Source: Oculina patagonica
Lineage: Eukaryota
NCBI RefSeq assembly: GCF_052425735.1
Contig: NC_135761.1
Span: 17,484,001-17,548,000 of the forward strand
Length of the DNA: 64,000 nt
Direction: 5' to 3'
Positions 1-10,600 of the stretch are shown here, piece by piece. The position numbers were made by a program, and so were the translations under genes. The notes below the pieces were generated by a model. It searched no databases, was not told the DNA's origin, and saw only the letters and a program-made list of their open reading frames with translations. Position 1 is the stretch's first letter, and each line of letters begins with the position of its first letter.

Positions 1-1121
1 CTGGAATTAAGGTTTCTTTTAAAGTGTATATGACACCAAATGTTTTATTTCGTTTTTTGTTCATTTAACAGTTTCAGTGTTCAAAATCTTTCAAAATATT
101 TTGAAATGCCTTTCTTCCCGTTCAAATGGTACGTCACATGACCTTTGTGATGTCTTCTTGTTTGATGAATTTTCAACATGGCTGAGAGTGAAGGGAAACC
201 AATTCGAAGAGGTGGATGATATTGTATCTCTGTCACTAGACATTTCTATGCTCACAACCAAGCTAAGTTTTACCTTTAATTTTTTTTTGGACAGATTTTA
301 ACTGAATCCCTAATCTAAGCATATCAACGAAAGAAAAAAAGCAAATAAAAGATTTTGTGTTTGGATGACTGCTGCAATTACTTACCAGTGGCTGACGCTG
401 CAGCTTCAAAACAACTTATGACCTTCTTCTTCAAAACTGCAAGTTCCTCATCTGTTGGAGCTCTCATGTAATACTTAAGCTGAGCACGGTCAGGAATGAT
501 ATTAGGTTTAACACCCCCCTCTGTGATAATGCTATGAACACTCCATGTGGGCTTTATCTGTTGCCGTAGCACACTAATGTTGTTATAAGCCATGACTGCT
601 GCATCCAATGCATTGATTCCTTCCCAAGGGAATGCCGCGGCATGGGCAGCATGACCTTTGTACGTAACTGTGGCACCCTCAAGGGCTGTCTCTTTTGGCT
701 TAAGGTCATCGTAAGGGCAAGGATGGACCATCATGCATAAGTCTATATCTTTGAAACATCCATTTTTGATCATCAGAACCTTGCCCCCGCCTCCTTCCTC
801 AGCGGGAGTTCCAAGAAGAACTATTTTCACTTTTGGTTTCTTATTGACTGCCTCCAAAGCAATCTTGAGACCTGTAAACAAATTGAAAGTTTGAAATTAT
901 GGCACCATGGCATGATTAGCCCCATCAAGATTGGGAGAGAGATTGTAATCTATATTACCACTGACTTTAATGAAAATATGCACCTGTAGTGGAAACAAAT
1001 TAGATGACGAATGGCATTAATTTTCTCTGAATTTGATGTTTCCAAGGCAACCATATTTTGACAGGTATATTTGCCAAATATTTTCTTAATATTCCTGTTT
1101 TCTTTTTATTATTATTTTTAT

Positions 1122-1272
1122 TAGCCTGCGTGGCCGGCATTCAAAGGGGAGGGAGAAGGGAAGTTTGAGTGCAAAGCGTGAGCGAGGGAGAGCACGAAGC
1201 GTGATCAAATGATCGCGCTTCGCGCTTGAACTTCCCTTCTCCTTTCCCTTCGGACGCCGGCCACGCAGGCTA
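1122..1272. mobile_element. Short MITE with TAGCCTGCGTGGCCGGC terminal inverted repeats
   Basis: tagcctgcgtggccggc ... gccggccacgcaggcta; related ends at ~2047, ~6723 and ~23845. Confidence 0.7.
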
Positions 1273-1396
1273 CATGTATATTTTTATTGAAAACTTCAAC
1301 TTTATGGCTTCTTGTAGCAAGTTACAGTTGAAGATAATTTTGGCATCCTGATATTGGTTTGATTGTTATTTTAATAAATTTTTATAGGTTTGGTGG

Positions 1397-1487
1397 CTGA
1401 CAAGTCCCCAGTCTTCTTTTGAGTCCGTCTTGAGTCGACTGCTGAATCTTGCAATTTTCGCATAAGAGATGACTGGGGACCAGTCAG
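1397..1487. mobile_element. Mutator-like mini-MITE, 10-bp TSD
   Basis: ctgacaagtccccagtc...gactggggaccagtcag flanked by GGTTTGGTGG on both sides; internally deleted relative of 37509-37678. Confidence 0.75.
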
Positions 1488-1667
1488 GGTTTGGTGGTAT
1501 GTAGTCACGTATTATGATGAATAATAGTTAAAAGTCCCCCCCCCCCCCCCCCCTCTCTCTCAGGGTGTTCCGGGAAAAACGTCGGCATTTTTAGTCGTCA
1601 AGGTCTCGTTTAGGGTTGCTCGCAAAAAAATTATATAAACTTATCAGTTTTAAAAAGATAGTAAATA

Positions 1668-4344
1668 CCCGACGTTACTAATCGAACAGTTCGGTAATCG
1701 AACTTGATCGAACTGAATCGAACTTAATCGAACGATTCGGTTCGATTAGTTCGATAATCGAACAGAATCGAACCCAAAACTTTGTGTGAGAGAGTTCGAT
1801 TCCGTTCGATTTCCGAACTAATCGAACCAAATCGAACTTAATCGAACACAAAAGACAAATCTTAAATTCACCCTCATACAACCAGATAATTGAACAGTCT
1901 GTCTAAGTAACAGTAATAAATGAATAAATTTTTTATTTATGGACTTTCGGCAAAAAAACCCGAAACGCAAAGTTCAACAGACAATAGAAAATAAATCCTC
2001 CTTCACTCTAGTTCTATTTCATGTTATCAACCTATGGAGTCCCAAGTAGTCTGCGTAGCTGGCGATTTCGTCGGAAAGCACGCGTGGGAGATTACTGCGA
2101 AGACTCGCCTTCTTTCACTTTGCCGATTGTTTCTAGCGACCTTGCCGCTCACTCGCTCCCCAACAAAACCGTCAGCTGCGCACACTATAACCCAAGCAAA
2201 ATATTATAAACTGAAACAATGCTAAAAAACTGTTTTCAAGTTATTTGACATAAGTTAACCTAACTGCAAAAAACCCGTCCTTGAAAGCGGAATTCGTTAC
2301 TTAAGATTATGAGATCTAGATAACGTGCGATAAATGAAACCGCCATATTTGCAAGGAAAGCAATTAAAATTAGCAACAGAGTCGTTAACAGTATGGCAAT
2401 CTCTAAAAAAAATTCAGCGATTTCAGCACATAAAAGGTCGCTCAACAGCTTAACACATGCAAAAAATCCTTCAATGAACTTAAACATGTTCACATCTACA
2501 GAGGTGGCTAGAAAAAACAATATAATGATCAATATCTTTAGCAAGCGATGCCGTCTAGAATCAAAATAAATAACTTGAAAACGGCATTCTGTTCTAAGGA
2601 CACTGTTGAGCAACTTCTCTGAGCCATCAGCTAGGTCGTTTCCTAGTCTGTCTTCTTCGCTCAATGTTTGCTGTTCTGTGAATTCCTGTGTTATGGTCGC
2701 TTGCAAGCAAACGTCGACTTCTGTAGATTCAGTACGATTTTGTCGTTTATTTCTTTGCTCGCGGACTTTGTTTATAAGAACTTGTTTTTTATCAGATGTT
2801 TTGAAGGGTACTCCTGATTTGGTTAAGATTTCGCGAAGAATAGCAACAGTCATATCTTCAGGATCACCCGCCTTTTTTTGCTGGAGCCTGCTTTCTTTTT
2901 CTCTTCAATCTGCCTTTTTTTCTCAATTTCTCTCATTTGGGGAAGTAGCTTTGAGAGATTCTCGTGATCTTTTTCCGATAATGTGATTGTTCTTTCGTCG
3001 TTTATTGTCACCGTGATGGGGCTTATACATTCCTTGTAATTACACCAAATATACTTCTTACTTTCTCTGTAATTTCTCGATAGTTTGGTGTCATCGCCTT
3101 CCACTGTCCTGATTTCATCGAGTGTCAAAACACACAGCTCTGTAAAGCCCTGCTGCTTTTTAGACTCTTTACGATCGATTATAAGCAAGGGGAATAACGA
3201 AGAAGTCCTAAAACCTCGCAACATTCGTACAACCTTTCCAATTACAAGTCCTGTACTTGGACGGAAAATAGCAACATATGATTCCAGACTTAATGTATCA
3301 GAATGAAGAGTCTCTGTTTGTTTCTCTATAGAATCATAAAAGTTTGCCCTAGAAGTTGTCATCCAGTGCGCAATTCTTCCAGAATTTGGTTTATAAACTT
3401 TTCCTTCTTGCAGTGAAAGGAAATGTGCTATATGGAATACCTGGCCGTCATACTCTACATAGTTTTCGTTTGACAACAATCTGTTATGAGTTTCTTCGAA
3501 AGGAGGGTTAGCGATATTGTCTCTTTCTAAAACCCCGCCGTCTTCAGCAGTTACAGTCACTTTATCGGTGAACAGGTCATCAGAATCATGATTCGGACAT
3601 ACGAATTTGTATCTTTCACGTTCTGGCCAATTCGGGAGGAACTAAAATGGTAAGCAGTTTATTGTAAGTTTGACATTTGACACAAAGCTTCTCGGCCGAA
3701 CAATTATTTTCTAGGAGGTAAATCCTAGAGTTAATCACTGTTTTAATCCCGTACATTTTAAATTTTTAGTGTGGTTACTGGACAACCATTTGACGATCCC
3801 AGAGGACGCTGGCGGGTTGGCGGGGGAATAAATGTTCCACTCAAGGTCCAAGTGCAGATGACGAGAACTAAAGCCAGAAACCTATCGAGAGCCTTGAATC
3901 AAATTGGAGTACAAAACACGTTGAAAGAATGTGAAGAAATAAGCGACAAACAGTAATAAAATTGACATCAATTTCCTTTCTGTTTATTTATTCGTTGTTC
4001 TGGGCTAAACAACCGCGCCTGTGACACTCGTATTCACACCCGTTTATTGGGAACATACCGCCATTTGCAGCCAAATGTAATTAGACCGTGAATTTTACGA
4101 CCGTTGTTTTTTAATCAACATCCATTTTCCATGATTTTCAAATCGAACCCAGTCGAACTTAATCGAGCCTAATCGAACTTAATCGAACGTTCGATTTAGT
4201 TCGATTACTCAAAATTTTTTGTGAGAGTTCGATTCTGTTCGATTACCGAACTTAATCGAACCTAATCGCGTGATTACAGTTCGATTCAGTTCGAGTAAGT
4301 TCGATTAATCGAACGTTCGATTTGGTTCGATTAGTAACGTCGGG
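1668..4344. mobile_element. 2.7-kb non-autonomous DNA transposon with coding cargo, in intron 1 of PM20D2 copy A
   Basis: Perfect 20-bp TIR CCCGACGTTACTAATCGAAC, TAAATA duplicated at 1662-1667 and 4345-4350, ~200-bp subterminal arrays of ATCGAAC/GTTCGAT at both ends. Confidence 0.88.
2260..3560 (-). pseudogene. Transposon-borne ORF pair, probably one frameshifted, 5'-truncated gene with a SAP/HeH-like helix pair and C-terminal hydrophobic helices
   Basis: ORFs 3560-2850 and 2853-2260 overlap (ATGA). The second frame stays open upstream as ESRLQQKKAGDPEDMTVAILREILTKSGVPFKTSDKKQVLINKV, so one extra A in the A-run near 2905 would fuse them. Confidence 0.55.
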
Positions 4345-4831
4345 TAAATATGAGAGAAAATGATCATTTATGCTCACCTAATGCTGCCGCTACACCAGAT
4401 TCAGCGATCAGATTGTGTCCACAAGCGTGTCCCACTTCTGGTAAAGCGTCATATTCACTAATCAGACCAATTGTTAAACCTCCATCTTCACCGCTTTCAG
4501 CACGAAAAGCAGTCTCCAAAGTGTAATGGGGGGTCACATCGAAACCTCGCTCCGCTAAAAACTCCGTCAGTTGATCATGAGCGTACGTCTCCTTAAAACA
4601 TAGCTCTGGGTTTTCCCATATGCTTTTGTTTAGATCATATCAGTCAGAAGAATAGACATCGATCGCTTCCTTTGCTTTTTGCTTCAGAATTTCTGCCTGA
4701 TCGCTCGCCATCTTTGCCGCACGCAACAATCGCGAGCGAGTCACTATATGACGTTCTACATGACGTACTTAGACCGTAACAACAGGTGGGAGCGCGGGCG
4801 CATCATCCCGGAAGTGTTTTGTTCTGGGCTT

Positions 4832-4982
4832 CTGGCCCCAGTTGTTCGAAGGCTTTCCACCGGATAAATCACTATCCGATGGATAGCGTAGTATGATTTG
4901 TTGACTTGTCTACTGGATAGCGGTTTATATCCAGTGTATAACCCGATGTATAACGTTATCCGCCCTTTGAACAACTGGGCCA
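4832..4982. mobile_element. Short palindromic MITE upstream of copy A
   Basis: tggccccagttgttcgaagg ... ctttgaacaactgggcca inverted ends. Confidence 0.6.
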
Positions 4983-5040
4983 AGAAGGTTTGAAATGATA
5001 TAGGGGGTCACATTCGCGGGGGAGGGAGGGGGGGGGGGGG

Positions 5041-5573
5041 GGTAGGCTTTTATAGATTGTGCTCCTAAAAGTGGCATATTATGCTACTAGCAGTGCTCAA
5101 AATTTTGCCAAATTATGCAAAAATTATGCCAGAATTCCCAAATTATGCTTCTGATTTCCGAAATTATGCTCACAAAATGACGTAGATTCTATACATAGAG
5201 GTGCGCAATAACGACACCAAATTATGATGTTTTTTAAATAAACTGTTGTTGTAAATTTATTTGTGTTTATGGCAGTTTATCACGGCCGTCAGCTGTCCAA
5301 ATTAGCTGCTCGCATTTCTAAACCGTTTGTAAAATGCCTCCAACGACTTAACAATCACAATTGTATAGCTAAAACACGCATTGCAAGAACAAACTACCTA
5401 AATTTCATTTATTTCTGTAGAAAGTACACCATATTTACTACATTTTATGAATTTATGCTCCAAAAAGTGCTAAAAATTGCTAATTATGCCGTGGCAGTGC
5501 TCGTTTCACAAATTATGCTTTTTAGCTCCAATTATGCCAAAAATTATGCTAGCACAATCTATAAAAGCCTACC
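5041..5573. mobile_element. MITE with AATTATGC subterminal repeats
   Basis: TIR ggtaggcttttatagattgtgct / agcacaatctataaaagcctacc. Confidence 0.75.
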
Positions 5574-7256
5574 AAAAAGTCGCTAACCGCGCACGGGCAA
5601 ATACGAATCTTTATAAAAATCGCTTTACAAATACTTGAACGGATAGTTCAGTTTTAAGACACTTTTTTTTTCGTTTAGCTGGGCGTTAATTAAAGCTGAT
5701 AGAATTTATGTACCTTATCTAAGGATCACACCAGGAACAAAATGCCAAAAGGAACAAAAATGATACCCTATTTAAGGACCGAGAACCTCAAAAACCATAC
5801 CGTATCCCGCGGCACATACCTATATAGCCCACATAGGGGAGTACCCCCCCCCCCCCCGCATCACATTGAACCTTCACTCCGTCAGTTGATCATATTAAAT
5901 ATCAAGCAGTTCTTTAACTTTCCGTCTGCTTCAGGATCTCGCTAGCGTCCTTTCCTAAAAAAAATCAAGGAGAGGGGAGGTAGCCCGGGACCTGGTGGGC
6001 CATGTTTAGCTGATTATGCCACCTTTTAATATACTAAACACCGAAAATCCCTACGCTATCCAATCTTTTTTAGAACTGTATAATTTGCTATTTGTGTTTT
6101 CGTTGCAACGATGATTTTATTTACGTCTAAGAAGGCCTCTTATCAGTTTTCCGGCAAAAGATAGCCTATTCTAGACCAAAACTCTCTGATTTCTATATCC
6201 TATCCCAGACTGAACTGCTCGAAAACCATACATGTCCCCTTCAAAGAACCCTCAAAGCGGCACATACCAGTACCTAAATAGCTCATAGATGGGAGTGCGC
6301 CATATAGGGGGGGGGGGGGGGAGGCGGATGTACACAGGCTGGGGTCTTGCCTGAGCCTGATATGAGCGCTCCCAAAAAACTCAGACCCTCTGGATGCTCA
6401 AAAACTCAGACCGGAAAAAACAGACAGACAAACCTGGAGAAGTAATGCATGAAAGGCTGGGGAGGTTTTTTGAGGAAATCTAAACTCGTCAAGCAGGAAA
6501 GGGACGCCAAAAGCAACATCTCCTGCCTGGTCCCTAGGCGCCGATCGGCCAGATGGTTAAGGTGGTAAGGCCGGATAACAGGGAGCCGAGCGCTAGGGTT
6601 GATTGTTAGGTTGCGGTCCATTTCCCTATCATCATCAGACTCACATCGCCTGGAAATCAAACCCTGGCAACATTGGTGACCTGAGTGCTCTCACCACTTC
6701 GCCATCCCGATTCCTCTTCCCCTTAGCCTGCGTAGCTGGCGGTATTGTTGGATTTAAATGCGTGCACAAGCAAGCGGCGAAGCCGCGACAAGCCACTCGC
6801 AGCTGTGCCGCTCGTTGTCGCAGCTTGTTCACACATTAAAACCTTACAAAAAAAGAACAACGACCAGTTGTTTCATTGAGATGGACATCTAGCAAAATGC
6901 AAACACTTGAATGACTTTGTAGTAATAATAAATTAAGTCCTGTAGTATACTAAGATGAACATGCATGTATGTAGTTTTGAGTTCTTGCAAACTGAAACTT
7001 AGATTTACATAATTATACACACAATGAAATGAAGCTTTGTCAGCAAATACAAAACAGGGCTTGAAAAAAAATTATTAAATGTATATGGATGTTGATGCCT
7101 ATTTTAGTATTCTGGAGAGAAAAGTAGCTTCATTTGTGTAATTCTAAAAACAGGGTGTTCAAGGAACACTTTACAGTCTCAGATCAACTCTTACTGTAAT
7201 TAGAGAGCTCTGCCGCTTTTGCTATCCTCTGATGCCTTCAGAGGATAGCAAACAAT

Positions 7257-7462
7257 GACCGTTTTTATGCTAGAGAAGTTAAAGCTGTCTGAGACGTTAA
7301 AGCTGTCTCGAGACGACATTAACGTCTAGTATAAAAGGCTTTTTTTTATTTTTTCTGAAAAGCCGTCTACTAAATACGTCCCGTTTTAATAGCCGACAAC
7401 TTTAACGTCTTAGATATTAAAGACGTCTAGACGACTTTATCGTCTCTAGCATAAAAACGGCC
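7257..7462. mobile_element. Palindromic MITE
   Basis: ccgtttttatgctagaga / tctctagcataaaaacgg inverted ends, AAT on both flanks. Confidence 0.65.
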
Positions 7463-7655
7463 AATAATATATAAAAACCTAACTACCAACAAAAGAATGT
7501 CACTTGCCACACTCCACCACACCCAATCGTTTCCAATAAGTACTCACAACTATTACCAGTAATCTGGTTCTAATTTTGTTAATTCGATTTCATTGGCAGT
7601 GCCCCCTTTTCCTTTCCTTTTGCAAAACTTTAACAAGTGTACACTCTAAGCCTTG

Positions 7656-10600
7656 TCATAAGTCAGCGTTCGAGTGTGATTTTTCAAAGTCTTTCTTGAT
7701 TTTCTCCATCAATTCAGGATTGCACAAAACGTCAATAGCAGTCATGGCCATTGCCTTGCTTGCAATCAAGGTTTTCTCATGTGCAATCTCTGTTATTGCT
7801 GCTGTTGTGAATGCATGAGAATGATTCACTGCCTTGCTACCAATACTGTACATCGGGTGAATTGAAGGAATTATCTTGGAAACATTGCCCATATCTGTTG
7901 AGGCATGTCCTTCATTGCTTAGTGGACCAATTGTTACTCCTAAGGTCTTCACATTTGCTTGGTAGAGGTCAACAAGTGTGGAATTAGTATCTAAGTTGGA
8001 ATAAGGTACTGGATCCCACTCAATGGACATTTTGCATCCTTAAAAATAAGAAACAACAATACTGATCAGCCAAAACTAAAATTGAAGTTAGATTGAATCT
8101 ATTTCAAGCCTAAGCCCAAGGATCAAAAGCTAGACTATAACTCTCACAGTGCTGGTGCCTAATTCAGGCCTGCGTCTGTAGTAAGAAGCATCTGGAGGTG
8201 GTACTAGTACTACTCCCCGTGGATGGGATTCTAATCCATTGCAATTTACCCCCTAGTATTTTTGGTAATCACGTATTTACACCCTAGAAGAGGGTCTCAA
8301 TGGGGTGGTGGCTTTTACGGTTAACGGTTAAAGTTTTGGCTTTTTTACGGCTAACGGTTAATTTATTTCCATAACGGTTAACAGACGTTAAAAGTTAATT
8401 TTCATTGTTTTAAAAAGTTAAAAATTAATTTCCAGTATTGAAAAACATATTTTAGGTCTCAGGGCCATTCTGAGACGATGAAGTGAACCAGTTTGGTTTA
8501 TTTATAATTACTGACCGCTTTTTTACGGTTAACGTATTATTTTTACGGCTAACGGTTAAAATTGTCCAATTTTTACGCCTAATGGCTAAATTTTTGGCCG
8601 TTTTACGGCTAACGGTTAACCCCATTGAGACCCTCCTAGAACTTAGGTGGGGTTGAGAGAGTTTAGTAAGTACCTGTCCCAATTGGCAAGGGCCCAGACA
8701 AGTTGTCTGCCAACTAAAACAAGTTTTTAAAATAAAAAATAAATAAATAAATAAACTACAATGAGCATGCAACTGCTCTGGGCAAACAAAATTTGAGGAG
8801 TCCTTACTGTGGCCACCCAACAAACTTTTTTACAAGTGTCATTTTGTAATATTTTACATTTACACTGCGTTTTGTTTACAAATACCGGTATGATGTAACT
8901 TAACCTGCGATCAGGCTTTCTTTTTTTCGCGGCGGAGGGAAGGAGAAAAAAAGGAAAGCCTGATACAATTACTTGTCAAGTCGTCTGCCGCCCCTAATTA
9001 AAATATCTGTCAACGTCGTTGAGAATGTCGGCGATGCCATCAGATATTAAAGCGTGATTAGCGCCTTCAAATTATTTTTTTACTCTCACGAACATGTGTT
9101 AGAATTACCCTTTTTGAACGAGCTGATCGGGTGGTTTTTAAAATTTGTTTTCTGCAAAGGCTGATTTTGTGTAAGGCTCATAATTCCAAGGTCGTAGTTT
9201 TCGTCACTGGCACGATCGTCTGGCGTCTTTGGTGGTGTGATGTAATACCCTTCGACACCACTGGTGATAGATCACGCTCTTACCGAATCCCATCGGAAGC
9301 ATAGCCAAAACATCTTTTCTTTCACAAACTATTCGCCGAATACACTCCCTTAGTTCGTCTTTAAATGTTTTGTGAACAAAACTCTTGAGAGATTTTCTAA
9401 AACCTAGAAGAACTTGCTTTCTACTTCATTCCGCTCAACACCCGCCATGATAACAATCATCTACCATTGTTTTTGTCTACGTGCGATATTTTTGGACCGG
9501 AAATCAGACTTGAACTCCATTAGCCAATCAGGATAGAGTTTTAATGCTGCCTTTTGTTTTCCGGCCAATCAGAAAAAAGTCCAGATTCTGGACTTTTTAC
9601 AGACGACTCGACAAGTAATTGTATCAGGCGTTCATTTTTCCGTTGACCCCTCCTGCGAGAAAAATAACGCCTGATCGCAGGTTAGATGTAACTAGAAACA
9701 GGACACAGAAACAGCGAGGATCGAAATGCACCAATCACAGCTGTTGAAAACCAACCAATCACAACGTGGCAGCGTGCTTTATAAGTTAACGCACAACCAG
9801 TCGACCTTATCGCCTGATGAAGACTAGCAGTGTGCAGTCGAAACGTTGCGATCTCTATCACACGTGACTACGTCGTGAGACAAACGAAAAAATACTTTAT
9901 TATGATGTAACTAGTAGCTATTTGATCACATTCAACACTGCAACTGGGCATGTTCATCAAACAAATAAGAATATTAGGAGAGCACACTTGTAAGAATAGT
10001 TTGTTGGGTGGCCACGGTAAGGGGCATCGCTCTGTAGTTTGAATGAATGGTGCAATGTTTTTGATCACTTACCTGTGGCTGATGCTGCAGCTTCAAAACA
10101 ATTTGTGACCTTCTTCTTCAAAACTGCAAGTTCCTCATCTGTTAGGGCTCTAATGGCATAACGGAGCTGAGCACGATCAGGAATGATATTAGGTTTAACA
10201 CCCCCCTCTGTGATAATGCCATGAACAAGCCACGTGGGCTTCATCTGCTGTCGCAACACACTTATGTTAGTATAAGCCATGACTGCTGCATCCAGTGCAT
10301 TGATTCCTTCCCATGGGAATGCCGCAGCATGGGCAGCATGACCTTTGTACGTAACTGTGACATCCTGACAGGATAAAAACACTGGCTTAAGCCAATCATA
10401 AGGGCAAGGATGGACCATCATGCAAAAGTCAATGTCTTTAAAGCACCCATTGTTGATCATCAGAATCTTGCCACCGCCTCCTTCCTCAGCAGGAGTTCCA
10501 AGAAGAACTATTTTTACTTTTGGCTTCCAATTGACTGCCTCCAAAGCAATCTTGAGACCTGTAAACACAAAACCATTTGAAATTTTGAAGTTATGGTACA

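Larger units (their letters stand above)
386..4711 (-). pseudogene. PM20D2: PM20D2-like peptidase M20, copy A (nonsense codon; exon 3 lies outside the window)
   Basis: Exon 1 4711-4378 (334 nt, same length as paralogs) and exon 2 871-386 (486 nt) with GT/AG ends. Motifs EYDALPEVGHACGHN, GTPAEEGGGGK and GHAAHAAAFPWEGINALDA are present. Codon 24 is TGA (4640-4642) where copies B and C have TTA (Leu). Confidence 0.8.

Noticed and set aside
1668-1850. ATCGAAC, ATCGAT and ATCGTTATATCG arrays resembling CRISPR repeats or iterons
   Set aside because: Units are 6-12 nt in both orientations with no unique spacers, and they lie inside TIR/TSD-bounded elements in a eukaryotic genome.
2850-2910. Programmed -1 frameshift or stop-start reinitiation between transposon ORFs
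   Set aside because: No in-frame canonical X XXY YYZ heptamer; a one-base indel in an A-run is simpler.
5017-5042. Poly-G/poly-C tracts as G-quadruplex regulators
   Set aside because: Several coincide with MITE termini, and homopolymer lengths are unreliable in this assembly.
6590-6615. Telomerase RNA template-like AACCCTA
   Set aside because: Only 7 nt match, shorter than a usable template, and no supporting structure identified.
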